A stretch of 64,000 nucleotides of DNA, from IMG/VR virus record IMGVR_UViG_3300021141_000706, one strand, 5' to 3'. Both the position numbers and the translations under genes were made by a program. Below, piece by piece: positions 54,561-64,000 of the stretch. Positions within the stretch are counted from its first letter, which is position 1. Every line of letters starts with the position of its first letter. Origin of the DNA: a virus. Below the pieces are notes generated by a model. That model was not told the DNA's origin. It was given only the letters and a program-made list of their open reading frames with translations, and ran no database searches.

Positions 54561-55375
54561 TATTAAACGAACAAATACAAAATATAGAATATTGTCCATT
54601 TATAAATACTGAAAAATCTATAATTGAGTCTATTAAAAATAATTTAGACATTATATCTGATGAGTATGAATTGATGCCCTATCCACTAGCTCATTGGATT
54701 AATACAATTGGTGTTAATCAAACTAATCAAATTTTATCAAACCTAAATAGTGATAAAAAAAGAGTTTTTATATGCCAACATAATTTTGTAGGTAATTTGA
54801 AATTTAATGATACTGATTTAGTTTTTACGCCGCATTCATCTGATAGTGATAATTTTATATCAATACCTCACATTGCTATAAATTGGAATCAAGATTATAT
54901 TAAAGATGATAAAAAATTTAAATTTTCATTTTTAGGATCATCCAAGACACACACAACAAGACAACAGTTGATAGATTTATATCCAGAAAGTTGTTTTGAT
55001 TCTGGTCAATATTGGGGATTAGATAAAAATATGACCAGGGAGTTTAATGATAAATATATAAAAATGATAGGTGATTCTTATTTTTCTTTATGTCCAAGAG
55101 GTACTGGGATTTCAACTGTTAGATTATTTGAAAGTGTATACATGAATTCAATTCCAGTTATAATAGCCGATGGGTATAAAAAACCAATTTCAGATATAAT
55201 AAATTGGGATGAATTTTCAATAACTATTAAAGAAGAAGATATAAATAAATTAGAAGATATAATTAACTCTATAACTGACGATGAAATAATCAAAAAGCAA
55301 GAAAAACTAAAATTTATTAATGATAATTATATTAATAATAATATCATTAATATAATTTTAAAAAAATTAAAATAA
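54557..55375 (+). CDS. Exostosin (GT47)-like glycosyltransferase
   Basis: SFLGS...R, FSLCPRG....RLFES...IPV, INW. Confidence 0.78.
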   Translation: MILNEQIQNIEYCPFINTEKSIIESIKNNLDIISDEYELMPYPLAHWINTIGVNQTNQILSNLNSDKKRVFICQHNFVGNLKFNDTDLVFTPHSSDSDNFISIPHIAINWNQDYIKDDKKFKFSFLGSSKTHTTRQQLIDLYPESCFDSGQYWGLDKNMTREFNDKYIKMIGDSYFSLCPRGTGISTVRLFESVYMNSIPVIIADGYKKPISDIINWDEFSITIKEEDINKLEDIINSITDDEIIKKQEKLKFINDNYINNNIINIILKKLK

Positions 55376-55376
55376 A

Positions 55377-56117
55377 ATGGAAAATAAAAATATTTTTACA
55401 AATTCTAAATTACTCACTTTCTTAGATGAATTTAATATTCTTTACTCAAGAAGACCTATTGAAGATAATTCTGGTGGCATGAAATCAGCACATCTATTTC
55501 CTTTGTATTGTTATTTACAGATGATGAAACCTGAGTTAATAATAGAAAGTGGTGTTTATAAAGGTCAAGGAACTTGGTTCATTAGAGAATGTTGTCCTTA
55601 TAGTAAAATAGTTTCAATTGATATTAGTTTTGGTAATCTAAAAGTTAGAGATGATAAAACTATCTATATGGAAAAAGATATATCTCAAATAGGATTGAAA
55701 GAAATTGTAAAAGACTACGATCTTGATAAGGTTTTGATTTTCTTTGATGATCATCAAGATTTTAATAAAAGATTAGAATTATTACTAGAATGTGGTATTA
55801 AAAATTTAATATTTGAGGATAACTATCCCTTTAACCAAGGTGATTGTATATCTCCTAAAAAAATAGTTGAGCCTTTTGATTTTTATGTAAATGAAAATTT
55901 AATAAAATTAGACAATAGAGATTATATCTTATCAAAGATAGAACATTATGAGGAATTCCCACCAATATTTAAAGATAATAAAACAAGATGGGGTAATGAA
56001 TGGTCATATAAAACAAGAGATCCATTATTATCTGATGATGATGTAAAAAAATATAATGTGTTTTACAATGAAAGGTTTGATTATACCTGGATTTGTTATT
56101 TAAAATTAAAAAATTAA
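55377..56117 (+). CDS. Class I SAM methyltransferase-like protein
   Basis: IIESGVYKGQGTW, FFDDH, FEDNY. Confidence 0.5.
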   Translation: MENKNIFTNSKLLTFLDEFNILYSRRPIEDNSGGMKSAHLFPLYCYLQMMKPELIIESGVYKGQGTWFIRECCPYSKIVSIDISFGNLKVRDDKTIYMEKDISQIGLKEIVKDYDLDKVLIFFDDHQDFNKRLELLLECGIKNLIFEDNYPFNQGDCISPKKIVEPFDFYVNENLIKLDNRDYILSKIEHYEEFPPIFKDNKTRWGNEWSYKTRDPLLSDDDVKKYNVFYNERFDYTWICYLKLKN

Positions 56118-56120
56118 AAT

Positions 56121-56720
56121 ATGAATATAAAATACTTAGGAACAGAATACGGTGGTTGGGTGATTGACTTAGACTCTATTAATAATGGCGATGTTATAAT
56201 TTGTGGTGGTGTAGGTGAAGATATATCTTTTGAAGAAGAACTTTTAAAATATAAAGATATTACTATAATAGAAATTGATCCAACTGAAAAAAGTCATAGA
56301 TTTTTAGAAAGTAGATTGAATGATAAAATGAAGTTAATCAAAGGCGCTATTGAATCTGATGATAAAACCCATGTTAAAATTTATAAAAATAAATTCCCTG
56401 ACTATGTTAGTGAATCCGTTAATACGACACATTCTTATGTTTATGATGATTTTCATGAGGTTGAAGTTATCTCTATTAAAAAACTAAAAGATGAATATAA
56501 ACCTTCTTTTATAAAATTAGACATAGAAGGATCTGAATATAATGTATTGGAAGAATGTATTGGTATAAATCAAGTTTGTGTTGAATTTCATCATCATTGT
56601 TTATCTGATAAAAGTTACGAAGATACAATGAGGTTAGTAAATATGTTTTTAGAAAATAATTATCAAATAATAGATAATAGAAAAAATTATCAAGAATTAA
56701 CATTTCTTTTAAAAAAATAA
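56121..56720 (+). CDS. FkbM-family methyltransferase
   Basis: GVGEDISFE, IKLDIEGSE, QVCVEFH. Confidence 0.82.
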   Translation: MNIKYLGTEYGGWVIDLDSINNGDVIICGGVGEDISFEEELLKYKDITIIEIDPTEKSHRFLESRLNDKMKLIKGAIESDDKTHVKIYKNKFPDYVSESVNTTHSYVYDDFHEVEVISIKKLKDEYKPSFIKLDIEGSEYNVLEECIGINQVCVEFHHHCLSDKSYEDTMRLVNMFLENNYQIIDNRKNYQELTFLLKK

Positions 56721-56721
56721 T

Positions 56722-58020
56722 ATGTGTGGAATAAGCGTTTTATATTCTAAAAGTCCAAAAGATAACTCTGATTTTTATTTAAAGCATAGAGGTCCTGATT
56801 CTTATTCTAGTTTGGAAAAAGATAAATTTTTCATGGCTCATTATCTTTTACATTTAACAGGTGATGTTACAAATCAACCAGTAAATGATGAGGATATTTA
56901 TTGTGTTTTTAATGGTGAGATTTATAACTACAAAGACTTTGGAGATTTTAAATCAGACTCATATTCTATAATTGAGTCATATAAAAAAAATGGCGATTTA
57001 TTTGTTAAAGAATTAGATGGTGAGTTTGCTATATTTTTAATAGATTTTAAGAAAAAGTTTATTTATATCTCATCTGATGTTTTTGGTATCAAACCAATAT
57101 ATTATAGTACTAATAATGGATTTGGTGTTTCTAGCTATAAATCTTTTTTAGCATCAAATGGGTTTGACAATATAATTAGATTAGAACCAAATACAACATT
57201 AAAATTAGATTTTAACTTCAATGAGGTTGATAGATTTACAGTTTATGATTTTGAATTGAAACAATATAAAAATAACTTTGATGATTGGGAAAAAGCTTTT
57301 ATTGATTCTGTCTCAAAAAGGTTTAAGAGTATAAACTATAAAATAGTTTTACCTTTGAGTAGTGGTAATGATTCAGGTGCTATAGCATGTGCTTTAAATT
57401 TGTTAAATATTGATTATACATCATATTCATACTTGAGAAATGAGGATGTTGATGTTATCAATGGTAGGCTAAATATAAATAAAAACACAACTAAAATTGT
57501 TAAGTCAGATCCTATTGATTTTAACTCAGTTAAATCAAAAATGTCCTTAAATTGTGAACAATTTTACTATGGATATGACTATGATGTAAATCAAAGTAAT
57601 GGATTTGATGATCCAGGAGCATTAGGATTATATAATTTACTTTTTGAGTTAAAACAAAATAATTCCGATTTAAAAGTTTTAGCATCAGGTCAGGGCTCTG
57701 ATGAGATTATGAGTAATGTACAAGCTTATAAATTTAGAAATTCGAACCCAGAGGTATTTCCAAATTCTCTTGAAGAGGTATTTCCTTGGGAAAATTTTTA
57801 TAAAGGAGCACAATCATCTTATTTATCAAAAGAAGAGTTTATAACCGGATCTTTAGGTATTGAAGGTAGATATCCTTTTCTTGATAAAAAAGTAGTACAA
57901 GAATTTTTATCATTATCACCTGAGTTAAAAAACTCAGCCTTCAAATCACCCACATATAATTTTTTATTAAAAAATAATTACCCTATAAATAATATAAAAA
58001 AAGGATTTAATCCAATGTAA
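56722..58020 (+). CDS. Asparagine-synthetase-like amidotransferase (AsnB-like)
   Basis: MCGI, HRGPD, FNGEIYN, LSSG.DSG, SGQGSDE, RYPFLD. Confidence 0.85.
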   Translation: MCGISVLYSKSPKDNSDFYLKHRGPDSYSSLEKDKFFMAHYLLHLTGDVTNQPVNDEDIYCVFNGEIYNYKDFGDFKSDSYSIIESYKKNGDLFVKELDGEFAIFLIDFKKKFIYISSDVFGIKPIYYSTNNGFGVSSYKSFLASNGFDNIIRLEPNTTLKLDFNFNEVDRFTVYDFELKQYKNNFDDWEKAFIDSVSKRFKSINYKIVLPLSSGNDSGAIACALNLLNIDYTSYSYLRNEDVDVINGRLNINKNTTKIVKSDPIDFNSVKSKMSLNCEQFYYGYDYDVNQSNGFDDPGALGLYNLLFELKQNNSDLKVLASGQGSDEIMSNVQAYKFRNSNPEVFPNSLEEVFPWENFYKGAQSSYLSKEEFITGSLGIEGRYPFLDKKVVQEFLSLSPELKNSAFKSPTYNFLLKNNYPINNIKKGFNPM

Positions 58021-58021
58021 T

Positions 58022-58876
58022 ATGAGAAGAGAAAGTTTAATATTTTTAGGATGGAATGCCTATGGAGATTTTTTAAGTTATAATGGAATGATAAGATTTC
58101 TATTAAATTATTTTGATAAAATTTATATTAAAGCTGATAATAATTTTTTAGATTATTTAAATGATTTATATAATGATGTTCTAGATAGAGTAATATTTGT
58201 ATCAATTGATAATGTTATTAACATAGCTAGTAATAAAAAAACACCGGTATTAAATTTAATTCAATACGTTGATTTTGATGAAAATGGTGTGACTTCTATA
58301 GTAAATGCTGACAAATTTCAAAATATAAGTCTTAAAAGCATAGTGCCTTCTGAACTATATTTTAATGGAGATAATAAGATATCTGGGCTTCTTAATTTAG
58401 GACCAGAATATACAAACTCAAATCTTGATTATATAGATAATGCTTCGAATTTTTATACTAATGTAGGATTAAATCCAGAAATAAGATATAAGTATTTTTA
58501 TTACAATAGATTAATAAATGGCGAAGATAACTTATATAAGGAACTATTAGTGAAAAATAATATATCAGTTGAAGAAGATTATATTGTTATCTGTGATACA
58601 GATACAAACAAAATCAGAGATGAATATAAAAACATAAAATATGTTAATATAGATTTTTGTACTAATCGTCCTCTACAATTAATAACTTTATTAGAGAATG
58701 CTAAAGAAATACATTTAATTGATAATTCAAATGTTTTGTTTTTATACTATTTACAGATGGCTGGATTAACCAAATTTGATAATGTGACTATACATATTTA
58801 TAGTAGAAATAGATTCGAATATTATTATAAAATGTTTATGAATCCTAAAATTGAAAGCTGGAAAATTATTTTTTAA
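58022..58876 (+). CDS. Putative glycosyltransferase-like protein
   Basis: GD....NG.IR, LENAKEIHLIDNS. Confidence 0.45.
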   Translation: MRRESLIFLGWNAYGDFLSYNGMIRFLLNYFDKIYIKADNNFLDYLNDLYNDVLDRVIFVSIDNVINIASNKKTPVLNLIQYVDFDENGVTSIVNADKFQNISLKSIVPSELYFNGDNKISGLLNLGPEYTNSNLDYIDNASNFYTNVGLNPEIRYKYFYYNRLINGEDNLYKELLVKNNISVEEDYIVICDTDTNKIRDEYKNIKYVNIDFCTNRPLQLITLLENAKEIHLIDNSNVLFLYYLQMAGLTKFDNVTIHIYSRNRFEYYYKMFMNPKIESWKIIF

Positions 58877-58877
58877 T

Positions 58878-59561
58878 ATGAAAACATATATATGTCATTA
58901 TCCTAAATTAAAAGAAAGAATAGACTATCTAATTCCTGATCTTAATAACAAAGGATTGAAAGAAATTGAAGTAATAAATGGAATTGATAGAAACAATGTG
59001 AATGAATTCCATTTATTAAAATTCTCAAATGATACTAATTTAGTTAAAGATAGATTAAAATACACAAACTGCCCACCAAATTATGATATCTTAAAAGAAT
59101 CTGAAAAAGTTATAGTTGCTAATTTTTTAACACACTTAGAGATATGGGAAAGAATATCTAAATCAGATGAAAAGTATTGTTTAGTTTTAGAAGATGATGC
59201 TGTTATATGCGATGATTTTATTTCAAATTGGAATAAATTAAAATCAAATATACCAAATAATTTAGACATATCATATTTACATGAAGGTTGTGGCTTTACT
59301 GTACAAAATAAATTATTTATCGAAACTAATGAGAATCAAATTTGGTACGACTGTTGGTTAAAAGAATCAAGAACATGTTGTTCTTATATTATTTCTAAAG
59401 ATTTTTGTAATAAAATTTTATCTGATTTATATCCTATTGTATTGGGTGTAGACCATGAACTTAACTATATACAAAAGAAATTAAATGCTAATGTTTACTG
59501 GACATATCCAGCTTTATTTAAAGAGGGATCGGGTAACATATATAAAAGTAGTATAAGATAA
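58878..59561 (+). CDS. GT25-like glycosyltransferase
   Basis: ER, INGID, FLTH...W, LVLEDD, VD; likely start ATG 58878. Confidence 0.75.
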   Translation: MKTYICHYPKLKERIDYLIPDLNNKGLKEIEVINGIDRNNVNEFHLLKFSNDTNLVKDRLKYTNCPPNYDILKESEKVIVANFLTHLEIWERISKSDEKYCLVLEDDAVICDDFISNWNKLKSNIPNNLDISYLHEGCGFTVQNKLFIETNENQIWYDCWLKESRTCCSYIISKDFCNKILSDLYPIVLGVDHELNYIQKKLNANVYWTYPALFKEGSGNIYKSSIR

Positions 59562-60244
59562 TGAATAAAGTACTAACATTCTATTCTGATAGTCATTCAG
59601 TTTTATACAATGATTATTTTTTAAAATCATATAATAAATATTTATCTAAAAATTATACTCTATTAACAAAAAAAATAGACCAACTATCACCTAGTGGTGA
59701 TTGGGCATCTACTGGTTTTGACAAAACAATGATGGAAAAAGTTAAATGGATTATACAAAATATTGATTTGAATGATAATGTTTATTTAGTTTTTGCTGAT
59801 TGTGATGTTCAGTTTTTTGGAGATTTGGAATTTGATCTATCATCACATGATATTTTATTTCAACATGACTACTATGAAAATAATTATTGCGCTGGATTTT
59901 TTATTTGTAAACAAAATAAAAAAGTATTGGATTTTTTCAATTTAGTTTACGATGTTTTTAATTCAAATATGAATGGTAAAATTGATGATCAGGCTATAGT
60001 TAATAATCTATTAAATAATAAATCCTTGAACTTAGATTTGGCTTTTGGAACTTTACCACATGATAAATATTGGACTATTGCTTTTTCTACAAATGGTGTT
60101 GTTTGGGATGGACAAGATGTTAATTGTCCAGATACTATAATAGTACATCATGCTAATTTTACAATAGGAACTGATAATAAAATAAAATTAATGAATGAAG
60201 TCAAAAAAATAATCAGTGATAAAAAAACAATAACTAATAAATGA
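59561..60244 (+). CDS. Nucleotide-diphospho-sugar transferase (GT77-like), paralog of 50261
   Basis: FADCDVQF, CAGFF, DDQ, HHANF...K. Confidence 0.65.
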   Translation: MNKVLTFYSDSHSVLYNDYFLKSYNKYLSKNYTLLTKKIDQLSPSGDWASTGFDKTMMEKVKWIIQNIDLNDNVYLVFADCDVQFFGDLEFDLSSHDILFQHDYYENNYCAGFFICKQNKKVLDFFNLVYDVFNSNMNGKIDDQAIVNNLLNNKSLNLDLAFGTLPHDKYWTIAFSTNGVVWDGQDVNCPDTIIVHHANFTIGTDNKIKLMNEVKKIISDKKTITNK

Positions 60245-61683
60245 AAGTCGCACTATTAATATCCGGGTATATAAGAACTTTTGAATTAAATTTATCTTCA
60301 CTTGAAGAAAAAATATTATCAAAATTTAATAATGTTGATATTTTTTTACATATAACAAGAGAAGAAAATGAACAAGATAAATATCTAAATATTATTAAAA
60401 CTGAAGATATAGATAAAATCAAATCTATTCTGAAACCAAAGATTGTAATAGAAGAAGATAATTTATTTTTATCATCTGATAGTAGAGTAAATAACACTAT
60501 TAATACTTGGTTGAAATATTACAAATTAAATCAGTTAAAGAAAAACTATGAAGATGTTTTTGGTGAATATGACTTAGTTATAAAATATAGACCAGACTTA
60601 AACATAGAGTCTGATATATCATTTGATATAGAGCCTGATACTATTTATATACCAAATGATAGTAAAATTGATAAGTTAAAACTAATTAATAATGACGATA
60701 GTTATATATGTGATATATTTGCTTATGGTGATTCTAAATCAATGAATACTTATTTTGACTTATATAAAAATATATCATATCTTATAGAAAAATATGGTCC
60801 TATTTCAGAAACTGTTTTATTTAATTATTTAAATGATTTTAATATAAACTATAAAATAGAAGATATAAAATACAATATTATACTTTCACTTTGTAATATC
60901 TTTGCTATCTGTGGTGATTCAGGCTCTGGTAAAACAACAATAGGTAATTTATTAAAAAAATACTTCTCAAGTTCATTCATGCTTGAGTGTGATAGATATC
61001 ATAAATGGGAAAGAGGAAATGATAATTGGAAAAGTATAACACATTTGAATCCAGATGCCAATTATATAGCTAAAATGAATGATGATATTTTTGATCTTAA
61101 AATAGGAAAATCAATATACCAGGTTGATTACGACCATCACAGTGGTAAATTCACAGAAAAAGAAAAAATTGAAACCTCTGATAATATAATTGTTTGTGGA
61201 CTACACAGTTTATATTCAAAAAATGATTCAGTTTATAATCTTAAAATTTTTATGGACACTAATATAAATCTAAAGTACTCTTGGAAAATAAAGAGAGATA
61301 CTACTGAAAGAGGATATTCTTTAGATAAAATTTTAAATCAAATAAAATCAAGAGAAACAGATTATATAGATTATATCTATCCTCAAAGAGAAAAATCAGA
61401 TGTTATAATTAATTTTACAACTGATGATAAATTTGAAATAAACAACATTGATAAAGAACTTAATGTTTACTTAAATATCTATTTTAATAAAAAGATAAAC
61501 CTTTCTAATATAATAAACAGTCTTATTAAACATAATATAAATTTATCGTTAAATGAGGAAGACAAATTCAACAAATTAACTTTTACTGAATATAAAAACT
61601 GCGAACTATTCAATAAAACAAAATTTCATAATTTTTATGATTATATCATGTACATACTATTGAATATTCAAAGTAAAAAATAA
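60241..61683 (+). CDS. Fusion: glycosyltransferase-like domain plus uridine kinase/PRK-family kinase
   Basis: ISGYIR..RPDL..DIFAYG; then ICGDSGSGKTT, DRYH, YDH..G.F, GLH, K..RD..ERG. Confidence 0.75.
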   Translation: MKVALLISGYIRTFELNLSSLEEKILSKFNNVDIFLHITREENEQDKYLNIIKTEDIDKIKSILKPKIVIEEDNLFLSSDSRVNNTINTWLKYYKLNQLKKNYEDVFGEYDLVIKYRPDLNIESDISFDIEPDTIYIPNDSKIDKLKLINNDDSYICDIFAYGDSKSMNTYFDLYKNISYLIEKYGPISETVLFNYLNDFNINYKIEDIKYNIILSLCNIFAICGDSGSGKTTIGNLLKKYFSSSFMLECDRYHKWERGNDNWKSITHLNPDANYIAKMNDDIFDLKIGKSIYQVDYDHHSGKFTEKEKIETSDNIIVCGLHSLYSKNDSVYNLKIFMDTNINLKYSWKIKRDTTERGYSLDKILNQIKSRETDYIDYIYPQREKSDVIINFTTDDKFEINNIDKELNVYLNIYFNKKINLSNIINSLIKHNINLSLNEEDKFNKLTFTEYKNCELFNKTKFHNFYDYIMYILLNIQSKK

Positions 61684-61689
61684 AATTAT

Positions 61690-62343
61690 ATGGTATACGA
61701 TTTATTAAAATTATCAAATCAGCTATCAAAATATGTAATAGGTGCGGAAGGTAATGTTTCTTGTAAATCTGATAATGGATTTTATATAAAAGCAAGTGGT
61801 AAACCTTTATCAAACTTATCGGAATCTGATTTAGTTTTTTGTAACAATGATGGTACTTATTTAAGTAATAATCTAAAACCTAGTATTGAAACAGGATTTC
61901 ATTCTTGGTTACTAAATAATCTAGATATTAACTTTGTAGCTCATACACATCCTATAAACACATTAAAAGTATTGTGTAGTGATGAAATTTATAACTTCTC
62001 TAAATATAGACTATTTCCTGACCAAGTTGTTTTTAATGGACCTGAATCTTGCCTTGTCGAATACTTTCATCCAGGTGATGAATTAGTTAGTGCTATTAAA
62101 GACTCTGTTAATACTTATGTCAGTAAATATGAGTTACTACCAAAAATTATTTTATTGAAAAATCACGGAATAATAACTTTTGGTAAAACAATAAATGAAT
62201 GTATAATTGCTTCGGAAATGTGTGAGAAGTCGGCAGAAATATTTTTAGGATCATTATTCAGTCCAAAATATTTAAGTGAATCTGATATTAATAAAATTGT
62301 ATCTGATGATAAAGAAAAATATAGACAAGAAAATTACAAATGA
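61690..62343 (+). CDS. Class II aldolase/adducin-family protein
   Basis: GAEGNVS, IKASG, KPSIET.FH, HTHP, L.NHGI. Confidence 0.85.
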   Translation: MVYDLLKLSNQLSKYVIGAEGNVSCKSDNGFYIKASGKPLSNLSESDLVFCNNDGTYLSNNLKPSIETGFHSWLLNNLDINFVAHTHPINTLKVLCSDEIYNFSKYRLFPDQVVFNGPESCLVEYFHPGDELVSAIKDSVNTYVSKYELLPKIILLKNHGIITFGKTINECIIASEMCEKSAEIFLGSLFSPKYLSESDINKIVSDDKEKYRQENYK

Positions 62344-62642
62344 AAAATAAAGTAATATATGTAGATATCGATGAAACGATATGTGAAACTCCTGATAAAC
62401 CAAGAGTTTATTCTAATGCTAAACCTATAAAAGAAAATATTGAAAAAATTAATAAACTTTATGATGATGGTCATACAATAGTTTATTGGACAGCTAGAGG
62501 AAGCAGAACAAATATTAATTGGTATAATTTAACAAAAAAACAATTAGATGATTGGGGCGCTAAACATCATGAATTGAGAGTTGATAAACCATACTATGAC
62601 ATGTTTATTGATGATAAAAATCTAAGAATAGAAGAAGTATGA
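62340..62642 (+). CDS. HAD-family capsule-biosynthesis-type phosphatase
   Basis: VDIDETIC, YWTARG, KP.YD.FIDDK. Confidence 0.8.
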   Translation: MKNKVIYVDIDETICETPDKPRVYSNAKPIKENIEKINKLYDDGHTIVYWTARGSRTNINWYNLTKKQLDDWGAKHHELRVDKPYYDMFIDDKNLRIEEV

Positions 62643-63100
62643 AGTTAATATCGCATAGAGGAAACTATAATGGGATTTACCCAGAGAGAGAAAATAAACC
62701 ATCTTATATTGATACTACAATATCAATGGGTTATGATGTTGAAGTTGATGTAAGATACATTAATAATAAATTTTATTTAGGACATGATACTCCAGATACT
62801 ATAATATCTGAAAGTTGGATTTTAGATAGAAAAGATAATATTTGGTTTCATTGTAAAGATTTATACTCTGCTCAACAATTCAAAAAAATGAATTGTGGTA
62901 TAAAATACTTTTGTCACTCTAGTGATGATTTTGTTTTAACAAGTACAAATCATATATGGGTTCATAATTTAGAACTAAAATTAGATGAGACTTGTATAAT
63001 ACCTTTACTTGATGAAGAAAGTATTGAAAATTATGACAATCAATTAGTTTATGCTGTTTGTACGGATTTTATAAACATATGTAAAAGTAAAGGAATGTAA
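62639..63100 (+). CDS. GDPD/PLC-like phosphodiesterase-fold protein
   Basis: LISHRGN, EN, YDVEVDVR, LGHD, WFHCK, VCTD. Confidence 0.7.
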   Translation: MKLISHRGNYNGIYPERENKPSYIDTTISMGYDVEVDVRYINNKFYLGHDTPDTIISESWILDRKDNIWFHCKDLYSAQQFKKMNCGIKYFCHSSDDFVLTSTNHIWVHNLELKLDETCIIPLLDEESIENYDNQLVYAVCTDFINICKSKGM

Positions 63101-64000
63101 TGAATAATATTCAATTAATTATACCAATGTCTGGTATTGGTAAAAGATTTATAGATGCTGGTTATATTGACCCTAAACCTCTCATTGAAGTAGATGGTCA
63201 TCCAATAATTAAACACGTTGTTGATTTGTTTCCAGGTGTTACTGATGTTACTTTTATATGTAATGAGAAACATCTAAAAGAAACAAATATGAGAGGTATC
63301 TTAGAATCAATATCACCTGGTTGTAAAATATACGAAGTATCAAACAATAATAGAAAAGGACCTGTTGATGCTGTTTATCAAATAAAAGACCAAATAAAAG
63401 ACGATTCAGAGGTTATAGTTAGTTACTGTGACTATGGAACATACTGGAACTTTGAATCTTTCTTAAAAACTGTTAGAGATGGTAATTTTGATGGTTCTAT
63501 TCCTTGTTATACAGGGTTTCATCCTCATATGTTAGGTGGTGATAATTATGCTTTTTGTAGAGAAGATAATAAAGTATTGCTAGAAATAAAAGAAAAAGAA
63601 CCTTTCACTGATAATAAGATGAATGAATATGCTTCTAATGGAACTTATTATTTTAAGTCTGGTAGTATATTAAAGAAATACTTTAAAGAACTTATGGATT
63701 TAGATATTAATCTAAAAGGTGAGTTCTATATAAGTCTTGTTTATAATTTATTAGTAAAAGATGGTTTAAGAGTTAATATATTTGAAATTGAAAATATGTT
63801 ACAATGGGGAACACCTTATGATTTAGAAATATACAAAGGTTGGTCTAACTACTTTTCAAAATCACCGTTAGTTGTTCCAAGTCATAACTCAGATGTAACT
63901 TTGGTTTTACCAATGGCTGGTAGAGGTAGTAGATTTTCCGAGTGTGGATATGAACTACCTAAACCTTTAATAGATGTTGATGGTGTACCAATGATTATAA
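63100..64000 (+). CDS. Tandem sugar-nucleotidyltransferase (3'-truncated by window edge)
   Basis: IPMSGIGKRF...PKPLI, then a second domain LPMAGRGSRF...PKPLI; absent from the ORF track because it has no stop. Confidence 0.85.
   Translation, partial: MNNIQLIIPMSGIGKRFIDAGYIDPKPLIEVDGHPIIKHVVDLFPGVTDVTFICNEKHLKETNMRGILESISPGCKIYEVSNNNRKGPVDAVYQIKDQIKDDSEVIVSYCDYGTYWNFESFLKTVRDGNFDGSIPCYTGFHPHMLGGDNYAFCREDNKVLLEIKEKEPFTDNKMNEYASNGTYYFKSGSILKKYFKELMDLDINLKGEFYISLVYNLLVKDGLRVNIFEIENMLQWGTPYDLEIYKGWSNYFSKSPLVVPSHNSDVTLVLPMAGRGSRFSECGYELPKPLIDVDGVPMII

Noticed and set aside
749-60497. Numerous short antisense or overlapping ORFs (e.g. 749, 1400, 6624, 7139, 11594, 14429, 15102, 23158, 30643, 34437, 43272, 55078, 60234)
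   Set aside because: They overlap well-supported genes on the other strand or frame and show no recognisable motifs.
1-64000. Stop-codon reassignment (alternative genetic code)
   Set aside because: Known enzymes are full-length and tightly packed under code 11, and TAG/TGA are used as real stops.
1-64000. Cellular (e.g. CPR or Bacteroidota chromosome) origin
   Set aside because: No ribosomal or core genes; virion-type genes, a late-type motif and dense atypical tRNA arrays favour a huge phage. Not formally excluded without terminase or capsid genes.

Overview
AT-rich (about 27-30% GC by eye) window that looks like part of a jumbo/huge dsDNA phage of Bacteroidota. Support: Bacteroidota-type TTTG-N19-20-TAnnTTTG promoters, a recurrent AATATATA late-promoter-like motif, neck-like and LamG/SPRY virion-type proteins, and no ribosomal or core-cell genes. 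It holds two glycosylation islands (1-5229 and 44506-64000: gmd, fcl, DegT, FkbM, GT2/25/47/61/77-like genes), about 36 tRNA or tRNA-like genes in arrays, GluRS, GlnRS, a Pth2-like hydrolase, an N-domain-less ClpC, a restriction-modification pair, a cold-shock protein and RNA end-processing-type enzymes. The main discovery is five short leader peptides, all missed by the ORF track. Each is followed by an intrinsic terminator, contains a segment complementary to that terminator's 5' arm, and is rich in exactly the amino acids whose tRNAs lie downstream: Tyr/Glu; Gly/Ala; Met/Asn/Thr/Leu/Val/Cys/Ile/Arg; Pro/Asp(/Gln); and Gln for tRNA-Gln x2 plus GlnRS. This is the architecture of ribosome-mediated transcription attenuation, applied here to phage tRNA arrays. 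Also notable: long-variable-arm tRNAs with Ile/Asn/Thr/fMet anticodons, several non-canonical tRNA-like RNAs, a triplet of covarying structured RNA repeats (40410-40647), and a shared MKxLKxF(N)E N-terminal motif. All RNA structures were folded by eye and all protein calls rest on motif recognition; no searches were run.
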